Assembly (NCBI GenBank): GCA_950097015.1
Contig: CATNEN010000007.1
Location: 10,540,001-10,604,000 of the forward strand
Reading direction: 5' to 3'
Length of the DNA: 64,000 nucleotides
Source: Macrostomum hystrix
Lineage: Eukaryota; Animalia; Platyhelminthes
Position 1 is the first letter of the stretch. The number at the start of each line of letters is the position of its first letter. Under the pieces are notes generated by a model. That model was not told where the DNA came from and did no database searches. It saw only the letters and a program-made list of their open reading frames with translations. Shown here in pieces: positions 48,201-60,900 of this stretch. A program made the translations under genes and the position numbers.

Positions 48201-51200
48201 TACAGCAGGGTAGCAGAGGACTTTCATCTCATTTTCCCGAACCTTCCAGGGCGCCGGTGACGGGAGTCGACTTCCAGTACATCCAGCTGGAGGAGCCGCA
48301 GTCGATTCCGCAGTTTGACGTGGCGCCAGAGGCCAACACCGTCTGCGAGGGCTTCCCGGCCAGGTTCCTCGTGAGGCTGAGCGGCAACCCCAGGCCACGC
48401 GTGGCCTGGTACATCAATGACCTGATGATCGCCCAGGTGAGTCATTTCATATTAGTCCATCTCAGACAATGAAGCTAAAACTATTCCTCCAACCTACAAT
48501 ATTGCAGACGTCCAACTACAAGATCTACAACGACGGCGCCATCAGCTACCTGGAGATCCTGCGCTGCAAGGAGCCCGGCGAGACCCGCGTCAAAGTTGTG
48601 GCCAGAAACCAGCTGGGCGAGACGGCGGCCGAGGCCACCCTCACCGTGGTGCCGGCTGAGGACTTCAGGCCGGAACTGAAGCACGTGCAGCTGGGTGAGC
48701 TGATGAGCCTCTGTAAGCCATTGCTCGTTTAGTCAATAATAGAGGAAAGCAAGTCAAACTCCAATTATCTGTCTGCCTGTCGTGAACGATTCCAGGACCA
48801 ATCGGTAAATGCTCCAGACGCATTCAGTGCAGCTCGGTAACAGAATGCTGATTCGCTGATGAAATCACCCGAACCAATCACAATGTTTTATATGTACAGT
48901 TGGATATGCTAATCCAGGGACATTCCATCTGTGCATTGATTCCATCCTAGACTATCCAAATACTCGAATAAAACAGTCCGATCCAACACCAAACCTTGAA
49001 CTAACAAGCTAGAACTAATTAGTGTTTGCACTGGTGTTCCCATTGTGCGGAGCTGTAGAAACCCGCCTCCAATAAAACCCTTGCCAGAGAGCAATTTCAA
49101 ACGGCTGCTGGATCTGCGCAAGGTGCAGCGATCCGACGAGCTGGAGACCAAGATCGCCAAGCCGAAGGCCTCGATTATTGAGCTGCGCAAGGTGGAGCGA
49201 GGTGAGTCCGTGCTCATCTTCACCAGCTCTTAGTCCATCAAACCTGCTCAAAAAGCTAAGGTATTTTACCAATAATTCTCCAGACTCGGAGATCAAGTCG
49301 CGGATGTTCAAGGACCCCGAGGTGGAGCAGGCAGAGGCGATGTACATGAACACGCAGGCCGGCCTAAAGGGCGGTCACTACGCCGGCCTGATGGAGGTGC
49401 AGGAGGTGCATGAGATGCAGCTGCAGCAGCACAAGGAGCAGCTGAAGGCCGAGGCTCGGGCGGCTGAGGCGGCTCATGTGAAGCAGCAGTTCGTCCTCGG
49501 TCAGCAGCAGCAGCAACTCGCTCCAGGTCAGCCACAGCAGCTGCAGCCGCCGCAGGAGCAGCAGCCCCGTTAGTTCTTGACAAGCATCATGGCGGGGACA
49601 CACAGTATTCTGTTTCCAAGAAGCAAAAATCAACCAAGCAAACAGGCCGACCTGAGAGCACGAAGCCTGAATTAAAAACAACTCAATGAACACAACGCAT
49701 GCCCTTGATTATTCACAGCAATAGCTTTCAAATGCAACAGTACTCAACCGCACTCTAAGTAGTTCCCAGCCTCATCTATTAGTGATGCCATTTGGTAACC
49801 AATGGCAACAGACCCGTCCCGCACTCACTTGGCCTGTCGGCTGGGCCAGCCTGGCAGGTGGCAGTTGGCGAACGCGAAGGAGGTCGCGTTGAAGCGGAAG
49901 GCGACGGCCAGCACGCCACGGGCACCTGCGGAGCGCGCACAATGGGAGGAGGGAGGTCGGGATCGTTCATTTCATCGTTCAGTTTAGGTTGCCATAGGCC
50001 AGCTCTACCGCTTGCTCTTCAAATGTTACTTAGTTACTCCAGCTGATAAGCGCTAGACCATATTATGATTATTTGCTATTCTCATAACAAAATGTCCGCG
50101 AACTTTTACAATAGTTTTTTGCTTGGCCGTGCTTTTGTTGCCTGATGCTTCAGTTGCTTTTGTGCTGTTTTTTCAATACGGTGAGGGCCTCGAGCAACTC
50201 AAAACCTACTCAAAGCGCTTTGCGTCCGAACATTTCTTGCTCTGCTATTTCGCTGCTTTGGCCTAGAAAATAATTGAAAATATAATAACAACAAATTATT
50301 AATCTTCAACATCACATTGTTTCACTTCAGAAGCCTTTTGAGCACACACGTACACAGATACCGTACACAGGCACACATAGGTGTGTACATCTGCCAGGCA
50401 GAGTGCACTTCACTGTGCTTTGGAAGTTGGCCCTCAGGGACGTAAATTGCACGACAAGCCCCCAAGCCTTCTCTCCGCGGCTGCGCCCCAAATGAATTTG
50501 GCCTCGCTGCGGAATCGAGCTCAGGGACCTTGGCGCGAAAGGCAAACTCGCGTTAGACCGATCTAGAAAGTACAGAACTTAAACTTGACCCCAGAAAGCT
50601 AAACTCATGTAAGCAAAAAGCTATAAGCCAAAAAAGCAGAAATATAAATTTGATACGCAGCAAATGGCTCTACTAAGAGTAGGTTAATTCCTGTAAATGT
50701 TAAAAGCCACTGAGCAGCACTGACCCAAGTTGTTGGTGAAGCCGGTGCGCAGGGTGCAGCTGCGCAGTCCGGTGACCTTCCGCTTGTACTCCGGCCGGAT
50801 CAGCAGCAGCAGGCGAAGGCCCCAGAAGCTGCTGTGGTGCAGCGTCTGGTACTCGATGCCGAATGCTAGCTCGAGCTCCTTCTTGACGTGCTCCTCCCAC
50901 TTGCGCTCCGTGTCGGACGATTCCTGCGTGGCCACAGCGTACAGGTCATGCGGTATCGACGACAGAGCCGGGTCACGTGACTTGCCGCTGCCGATGGACT
51001 TCAGCCACGGAAGCAGCGACCAGCGCGGCCACTCCCCGGCTGACGGGGTGAGAGAAAGAGTAGCGATTGCGTGGCCTCCGGGTGTCCCCTCCGGGTGTCC
51101 CCTCCGGGTGTCCCCTCCGGGTGTCCCCTCCGGGTGTCCCCTCCAGGTGTCCCCTCCGGGTGTCCCCTCCGGGTGTCCCCTCCGGGTGTCCCCTCCGGGT

Positions 51201-54200
51201 GTCCCCTCCGGGTGTCCCCTCCGGGTGTCCCCTCCGGGTGTCCCCTCCGGGTGTCCCCTCCGGGTGTCCCCTCCGGGTGTCCCCTCCAGGTGTCCCCTCC
51301 GGGTGTCCCCAATTTTTCCTCAGAATCTAGGCGCATAAAAATTAGATCCAGGTGTGACAATTTTGAACACCCAACGCGATCATCTAGCACAGTAGCGTGA
51401 ATTCTGTGACTGCGACACCCAAAATCTGAAGTTTTACGCCTGTGGTCGCAGGGGGGATCAGGAAATGGTGCTAGGAGACGCTGGGAGCCGGGCGCAGGCC
51501 AGCTGCGCATTAATTGGCTGCAGCCCGGCCCCGCCCAGAGGTCGCACAATTCTTAGTGCCTTCTAAAGGGGGGGAGAATTTTTTAATTTGCTGAAATTCT
51601 CCACTTCCAACCCCTGGAGGTCAGCCCCCCTGGCTGATGTTTTTCAGTTCTTGTCTGAATGGCGCAAGCGAATGTTAGCTGCGAATCCCGGGAATAACAC
51701 GAACAATGAGCGCCCCGAGCGCAACTGGATTTGGGGATATTTTCCGCTTCACTGGCCTCCTGTTCCAGCCTAAATTGTCCCGCATCTTTTGTAGCTCCTT
51801 AAATATGCTTTTACCCCAGTTTCATTGTTTATTGCATCCGAATTCTTGAAAGCCTCACAGTCCACATGGGTTCGAGCTCAAGGCCTTGCAATTCTAGTAA
51901 CTCTGAAAAAGACCATTTAGTTCCCCTAAGTCGTGAATCCCAATATTGAAGTCCCAAATCCCGACCCTAGTCCTCAGTCCCAACCAAGCATTCCCGAGTC
52001 CTAAACTTAAAATTCCGATCCCAGGTCCCGTGTCCTAAGTCCCTAGTCCCGAGTCTCAAGTCCCAGTTTAAATTTCCAGTCACATGTATTTAATCCCGAC
52101 CTAGTCCTGACCTGAGTCAGGTATGGACTCAACCAAGTCCAGAATCTAAAATCACCACACCACCAAATCTCAATTCCTAAGTCCCACGGCACAAATCCCG
52201 AATCCCAAGAAGTCCCGAGTCCAAAGTTCCTAGCCTGAATCTCAACTACCGAGTCCCACATCCTAAATCGGCAGTCCAAAGTATGAATCCCAGGATCCCG
52301 ATAGCGCCAGCCAGCAGCTCACCCATATTCCAAGTGCCGGCAAACACGGACAGCGTGTCGGGATCCAGATCCCGGCTGTGGGCCCGCCGCATGTGGGTGA
52401 CCAGCTGGCAGAACAGCTCCCGCTCGCGGAAGTCCCTGAACAGGAAGGCGTCCTTGCGCCGGTGCTCGCACTTGAGCTGCAGCAGGCACTTGTTGGTTGT
52501 GGACTTCACCACTCTGAGAACTGCAGTGCGTCAATAATAATAATAATTGCAGGAGGGCTGCAGGCAATGGCACATAATTTGGGGACACTAGACCCGAAGC
52601 CAGCAAGGAGGCAATTCTGCCCATTTCGCTGACTCCTGAGCACACACGCACAGATACTGTACACAGGCACACACGTAAACAGGTGTGTACATCTGCCCTG
52701 ACTTTCTCATCGTCAGCCAAAGCAAACTTTCACTGTGCCTTTGACGTTGGCCCTCTAAGGCGTAAATTGCACGACAAGCCCCCTAAGCCTTCTCTCCGCG
52801 GCTGCGCCCCAAATGAATGTGGCCTCGCTGCGGAATCGAGCTCAGGGACCTTGGCGCGAGAGATAAACGCGTTAGACAGCCACTCACCCGCCTCTGCAGT
52901 GCGTCAACAGAGGTGATGCACTTTTAGAAATTCTCAGTTCCGTGTACCATGACGTCAGGATGAAAACTTTTTCAGGTACGATGAGGTGACAGAATGTGTT
53001 GTACACCTTACCTAATCGTGACTATGATTGCGAAAACTCGACATTGCAAGCTAGAGTTGCACAGTAAACACAAGAAAATCAATGAATTCTGCTCTTGGAG
53101 TTTCGCTACGCACCGAGCCTCAACGATTTGCTAGTTAAGCCCTTGAGCGGGAGTTAAACCCACAGTCTATTAACTTGAATCAATGCTTCATTTCCACCTA
53201 AACGCTTCACACTCGACTGCGCAGAATGAGCGGCGAGTTTCTGCGACTGCGACGGAGGCTGGAGGAACTCCGGCTGCCACCCCCATGGAGCCTCCTCGGC
53301 GGCTTGGGATCTGAGCTAGCGGATTGGGAAAATCAATAATTCAGCCATGGCGCAGGGGGTCAACGGGGGCCTCGGGAGACACCGAGCTGCAGGGCAGGAG
53401 CGGATGAGAATTTCTTTGCCAGATCTTTATTTACAACCGTTTGAGGAGCATTGCGGCAGCAGCCCCTGTCATTTCCCCTTCCCGGGTCGCTAATTACGGC
53501 TGGCGTGGCTTCCGCGGCAGCAAAAAGAAGGCCAGCAGGGGAGAGAATCCCCCTCAGCTGGACAATGAGAAGCATTTGCATTATTCACAGCAATGGCCAG
53601 AATCGCCCGCACCGACTCCGCTGCCCTGCATTCAGCTCAACAGAAAGTTTTGAAGGTTGCCGCTGTCTGCTTTTGAGGAGGAATGAAGACAGGTGAAGGA
53701 CTTGACATATGAACCTCCTGTTAGCACTTTTGTGAACTGACGCAAAAAACTAAAGCAAACTATCTGCCTGTCATGTGATATTGCAAGTTTTTTTGCTTTT
53801 TTTTATTTGCTGTCGTTTGCTGTTAAACAAATCTAAAAAAACTGCTGTTGCTTGTTATGCAATCTGCATCAGAATAAAGTTTTGTTCCTGGTAACAATAC
53901 TTTACAATACTTTTAAATTCCCATACCCCTATCTAGAGCTTGACGCCACTGGCTGATCGGAATTTAATTTACTAAATACTCACCGTACGCCCTAGCCCTA
54001 ACCAGAGCTGATGCTATTGGCTGGTTGGAATTTCCACCCCCAGGACAGCCACCTCCCTCCATACCCCTATCCAGAGCCAGACACCTCTGGCTGGTTTGAA
54101 TTTGAACTTGAAGTCACCAATCTCACTCCCTATCTCTTTCCAGAGCCGGTCATTTTTGGCTGGTTGGAAATTCAACCCCAAGAAACCCACCTCACTCCCA

Positions 54201-55761
54201 AACCCTATCCACAGCCAGACGCCACTGGCTGGTTGGAATTCCAACACCAAGACGCCCACCTCACTCCCAAACCCTATCCACAGCCAGAAGATTTTGGCTG
54301 TTTGTTGGCCTTCATACTCTTACTACTTATAGTTGCTCAAGCAGGTGCAGGCACTCACTTTTATCGTGTGGGATGAAGGTGGTCTGCTCCAGGCTGATCT
54401 GGTTCGGCTTGATAAGGTGCAGCCGGCCCTGGCCCGGGTCCACCATGAGGAACAGGTCCTTCTGCGACAGCTTGCCAGATGCTGTCTTGACCTGCAGCGT
54501 TGGTGGTTCGGTGGTCATTGGTAGTAATTGCTACTTTTTATACGTATAACACATCAGAAATGTGTTATTCGTTACTTTCTAACAGAAATTCAAAGCTAAT
54601 TCAGTTTTCTGCTCGTTTGCGAAAACTCAGTAGAAAGAAAGCAAAAAGTGCTGCTTCCCCAGCACTGAATGCTTCATGTGAGACCGCCTCAATCAGCACA
54701 GAAATAGCTCGCTGCAACTCGTCAAGTCCAGCGAGTTTTCACCCAATGTCCACCTCAACCCTAGGCGTCTATTTTGAGCTCAGTGCTCAAAACAAATTTG
54801 TCTTCTGTCGCAGAGAGCAGCCGAAAATTATATTTTCAAAGTTACTTTTTTCCTATATAGCAAAATTGACTTCGAAATTGACTTTAGGGGGCGGTCATGC
54901 TGGGGCCAGTGGGGGCCAGTGGGGGTCCAGGGAGGTTGAGTTTGTCCAGCTAGTGAATTGCTTTTTTGAGCACAGGGCATCGCCTTCCGTCTGGTGAAGC
55001 TGCCGAAGTTTCTTCTGTTATCCCCCGCACTTTTGGCAGTCACATTTCCCCCATCTCCACCGCTTCATTCAATCATTGTTTTATGAATATCGGAGAAGAA
55101 TGGGGAGCCTTGATCTTGAGCACTCGCGTAGTGAGCCGGTCCGATGAGTCCCTGAGTCTATATATATTTCAGTGCTCAATGCTCAAGTGACCACTGCTAG
55201 GCCCCTCAAACACACAGAGAACTCATCGCGCCGGTGTTTGCAGAGAAAAAACCAATCGCCCTCAGATGCAGAAATTGAGCATAAAAATGGAATGGGGAAT
55301 TGTTGTGGAGACTGAGCACTGCTCACTGTCAGACAGTGCTGTGTCCCCCAGACAGTCGATTTCTCCCCATCTGCCCAAATGCCGGAGGTCAAACTGGATC
55401 CCAAAATCCCACTAAATATAATGGGACAGAGTTACTGGGGCCCGCAGGATGGCATTGAAGCGCGCCACTTCCTGACTGACAGGTGAAAGCCGTCATCGCA
55501 CGCGCTGGTTGGTGGTGCAAATGCAGTGGGGCTTCAATTTACTCTGCTCACTGCTCACTGCTCACTGCTCACTGCTCACTGCTCACTGCTCAGAGAGGCA
55601 CACAGAGGCTGCACACTTTTCTCATGGAGGCTTGGTGAGAGTCGGAGTGAATGAAAATCATCAAGTCAAGAGGCTGCAAGTTGGGAGCATTTTAAGGGGC
55701 CGCCCAGAGCTTGGTGAGTGGCGGGAGTGGCGGGAAAGCTTAGGGAATGCGGGATAAGGAA

Positions 55762-55805
<44 letters not shown>

Positions 55806-57843
55806 GCCCGATGCCCTTTCGCCGCATTCGCAATGCGAACAGCGCCTAGACTGGGAGCAGCGCCGCCCACTTGAATCCCAGCCCCAGCCCTAATTGGTTC
55901 AGCAGCCAGTCTTATTCTTTTTGTTCTTCAGCGCCGGATACAGAAACACAAGGAACAGAAAAGCCAAGCAGAGGCGCCGCGTATCAAATTAGTGCTTTCG
56001 GAACCGCGGCGCCAGCGCCTTCGCCTTCAGGGCCAGCCAAGCTTGGAGCGGAGGCTTGGGCGAAGGGGGTCGATGCACTTGACAGGCTCGCCGCGACGAG
56101 GGCGAACCGGAGGGCGAAAATCATACCCTAACCTTGGCAGCGATTGTCTCGGTTGTCATGGAAACACCCCATTTCTTTGTTTATTTCAGTTTGATTAGAC
56201 AAAGCTAGGCGAAGATGTTGCAGTCTATTTGCTGCTTGAAGGACTAGAAAAAGCACCTGTTTTTGTCCGAATTCCCTGAAAAATACCTGAAACACCACGA
56301 AACTGAAAAACACGTGTGCGCAGCCGCCGCCTACAGAAGCTGCAGAGAACCGACCCGGGCTCAGCTGCAGGACAGCGCGACATAAGTGCCGGGGGAGATC
56401 CGGGGACGTTTAGCATCTGCTTTGTTTAAATTGGCTAATTAAATCCGGAAAATTCAGTCCACGAGCCTTCCAAATATTGGAATCCTCATTCACCGTGAAT
56501 CAAATCCTCATTCACCGTGAATCGAATTCTCATTCACCGTGAATCGAATTCTCATTCACCGTGAATCAAATCCTCATTCACCGTGAATCGAATTCTCATT
56601 CACCGTGAATCAAATCCTCATTCACCGTGAATCAAATCTTCATTCACCGTGAATCGAATCCTCATTCACCGTGAATCGAATCCTCATTCACCGTGAATCA
56701 AATCCTCATTCACCGTGAATCGAATTCTCATTCACCGTGAATCAAATCCTCATTCACCGTGAATCGAATCCTCATTCACCGTGAATCAAATCCTCATTCA
56801 CCGTGAATCGAATTCTCATTCACAGTGAATCATTCAGTGTGAATCAAATCTTCATTCGATTGTCAATCTGCTTGTCAGTTATGCACTAATGGAATCTTAC
56901 ACGTGAGTTCATTTTGAGCTATATTCAATGATTCCAAATCACATCAAGTACTCAAATAATCAGATTTTGAACAGGCTCGGTCAGGTGAAAGCCAAATCCC
57001 ATTGAAATGCAGGCTAAACTCTGCAGTGCGAGAAGGCTTTGGCCTGTCGGATTCTGAGGCTGCTCTGGCTGCTTCGGGGCCACTCGAGCGTGAGCCCCAG
57101 AGCCGGGGGCGGCTGCGGGGTCTGGCTCGGTGGGCGGAGTCTGTCTGGCCTGAGAGAGCCAGGAAAATGTGAGCTCACTGCCATAGAAAGACTTTACCGC
57201 CTGGGACAGATTTAGCTCGAGCTTCACCCACCCCCTCCGCCGCTGCAGTGCGACCCAGGCCAAAAAGATATTGTTTAAGAGAAAGAGAGAGAGACAGTTT
57301 AAAGAGGCCTCGAAAGAGCTCTGAATTACGTGACCCGCGAGAAGAACATTACATGCCCGACCATTGTAAACTGACAGTCGCCTTTTGACCTGAGCACAGC
57401 TAGACATAGCCTTTGAGATAAACCTGTCCTTGAGCAAATGCTGCCGTTTAATGGGAGTTTCCGTTTTGAAGAAAAGCCGGAAGGTCGCGGCTCACGATTG
57501 AGAACAGGGCGAAAAAGCCAGGGAGAGGACGAGAAATTGTGCGAGAGGGCTGGCCCAGCTAATGCAATTAGCACCTCATTTTCTCGGCTAGTTAGAGTAT
57601 AATGTATGCGCAATAGGTGTGATTCTCGGCGCTTTAGGCCCCGGGCAAGCTCAAGCCAGGCCCCCTGACTATGAGTCACCCCACCGCGGCATGTTGAGCG
57701 CCGGAAAATGGCTGCGCAGGTCAGGGGGCCCTGTATATGTGTGTGCGTGTGTGTGTGTGCTTGTGTGTGTGTGCTTGTGTGTGTGTGCTTGTGTGTGTGT
57801 GAGGGGATTAACTCAAGCGGAACAAAATGAAGTGGTTCGCACC

Positions 57844-57906
<63 letters not shown>

Positions 57907-60900
57907 CGATAGCGCAGCATAATCCTGGGACTAACGCGCCAAGGAACAAGCGGGCTCTGATTATTGGCCTGTTTTTGCTTCATCCTGACTAAAACAACAG
58001 CTACTCAGCCAAGCCTCAGGTGTTACAGATGAGGCGCCGAGTGGTTTCTCTGCGCTCACAGCTCAGATTCTTAGAAATGTGAGTCAACCAAAGCAGGAGT
58101 GCAGCAGCAAAAACATCTGACGAGGGATCTCACAGCAGAAACGGGAAAAAAGATTCTTAGCAAAATGCATAAAGCTCTCACACAGACCAGGGAAGATTCA
58201 AACTGGGAGTCGGAGATAGCGGGTTAACGCTTTTTTCAACACAATTACTCCTCAAAGACGGCTAGAGTTCGAACCTGAATAGTCTAGGGCCGGCTCAAAG
58301 CAGGCCTGGCGGGGATCGGCGGGGGGTTGGCGAGCGGCTAATGAGTTGGGCGAAGCAGAGCGGGGGGTTCAGACACCGCCAAGGAGCCTCCGCCTGGTCG
58401 GCACCAACTTATGCGAGTTTGCTCGATGTCTCTCTCTCCCTTTCTGTCGCATTAGTTCTCAATTTTCACACGCCAAAAGAGAGAATGCGGTAAACAAGGC
58501 CACACACACACACACACACACTGGATGCAGAGACACTGGAATCGAATCTGCTGAGTAATCGCTGTGCTGGACCGTCGAGTGACTCAGCCAGGGCTATGCC
58601 GCAATGCCTGGGGCCCGGCGGATCTTGGGGCCTCATTAGCATAAATAGGTTCCACAATGCGCACGCGATACCGCAAGAAGACGTCAGGCAAGCCCGGGGC
58701 TGGGAGACTTGTCTTGCTGTCAGCTTCGGAGAGACACAAAACAGAAACTGAGACATTCCTGACAGCACTGAGACATTCCTGACCGCACGGTGACATTCCT
58801 GACAGCACTGTGACACCCCTGACTGCACTGAGACATTCCTGACAGCACTGAGACATTCCTGACAGTACTGTGACATTCCTGACAGTACTGTGACACTCCT
58901 GACTCCACTGAGACATTCCTGACAGCACTGTGACATTCCTGACAGCACTGAGACATTCCTGACAGTACTGTGACATTCCTGACCCCACTGAGACATTCCT
59001 GACAGCACTGAGACATTCCTGACAGCACTGTGACATTCCTGACTCCACTGAGACATTCCTGACTCCACTGAGACATTCCTGACTGCCCTGTGACATTCCT
59101 GACTGCCCTGTGGCATTCCTGACTGCCCTGTGACATTCCTGACTGCCCTGTGACTTTCCTTACAGAAGTGTGACATTAGGACACGGGCTTCACTGTCACA
59201 TTAGGACACGGGCTTCACTGCCACATTAGGACACGGGCTTCACTGTCACATTAGGACACGGGCTTCACTGTCACATTAGGATACGGGCTTCACTGTCACA
59301 TTAGGACACGGGCTTCACTGTCACATTAGGGCACTGATTTAATGTAGGGATGTGCCCTAATGTAGTTAGTGCAACTAACTGTAGGGTGTCGAATGACCTC
59401 CTTCATGAAGATTGGGTGACCTTGAGCCATGCTGAGGACACAAGCCCCCACCCGCTGCTCCTGGATCGTTGGACCCCACCTGGAGACCCACCGCAGCTCA
59501 GTTGGCCGCCCAGTCAAGCTAATGAATCGGTGATGGGCTGTGTGTGGGCAGATGGGCTTCCGAGGCCACTGCAGTCATCCAGGGTAAGGGTGGAAGCCGT
59601 TAATGGTGAGGGAGTGTGAGGCGGGAGGAAAATGACGGGACTGCGGTCGGTAACAAAGGCTCCCAAAAATACTGTCAGAGCTCAGGTGAGTAAAAACTAA
59701 TCAAATGGGAGAGAGGCGCGGCTGGGGGGTTTGGTCCGGCGGCAGTCGGGCGCAGCTTAAAAGTGCACAGGCACTTGATCTGCTCAGGCCCGCGGTGCTC
59801 AGCTAGTTAATGGGAAGCGTGGGCCCGAGTGGGGATCAGCGGAGTGGGGATTCCGCCGATCCCTCGTATAGCTGGGAGCACCAGGCAATCCCGGGTTTTT
59901 CTGGCTCTCCTGCCTCCCCTGTGAGGTGGGCGGTCGAAATCCAAGAATAGAGACCAAGGGCACAGCAGAGGAGAAAGCAAGAAATCAAGAGGGCAATGCC
60001 TGCCCTAAAGGAAAAGTTCCTAGTGACGGAAGAGCTTTCCCTGTGACTGTTTTTTGTCTTGATCGACTCGAGTGCAGCCGAACACGCAGGGGTTGACAGC
60101 GGCGAGTTCATCGCACTCCTAAATCATCATGGATTAAATGGCTAACCCAGTGCTGCGGTACCGGCAGAAACCCAAAAACGCACCTCAAACAGCGGCTTGG
60201 TGATGTTCGAGTGCGGCGTCCGGCCCCGGCCGCCTCCGCCTCCGCCACCGCCGCCGCCTTCAAAAGTCAACTGGAAGGCCTGGGGGCAGTAGCCGCTGCT
60301 TCCATTGGCTGCCGCAGCAGCGCCGCTGTCTTCAGCGGCCGCTTCTCCGCTGGCGCCGACGCCGCCGCTCGCCGGGTCTTCCGGCGTGGCCAGCAGGAAG
60401 GAGCGCAGAGCCTCGCAGACTTTGTCCTCCACGCGCTCGTACTGCGACTTCAGGCTGGAGACTCTCTCCAGTAGCTCGAAGATGTCGGCGCCGTCGAGCT
60501 GAGGAGGTTAGGGGGAGGTGGACAGCTTGCGGTTCGAGGTTCGGTTCTCTAATTTGTGGGAAACTTAATTCTTCACTGTCAAGTTAATTAGCGCTAATAA
60601 TACACCAGCATATAATTGTCCAAACAAAAGCAGACCCATATTTAAAAAGCACTAAGTTAATAGCGGGATCTGCAAACGCAGTTCTCAGTGTCATCCATCA
60701 CCCGCTGTCTGGACAAGCCTGGGTGAGTCAAACAAGCAGGCCGTGCTCCTCAACCTGGACTGACTCACGGACTGCTCACCCTGTCTCTCTGTCTCACTCG
60801 ATCTTCGGATCTGCTGCATTTTAAGTGCATCGAGATTGCGCTAATCCAGCTTCAAGATCTGCCCAAGATCAGCCGGCTGCCAGAAAATGCTCAGAAATTG

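Noticed and set aside
53226-53339. Short plus-strand ORF MSGEFLRLRRRLEELRLPPP...
   Set aside because: Only 37 aa, with no recognisable homology or supporting exon structure.
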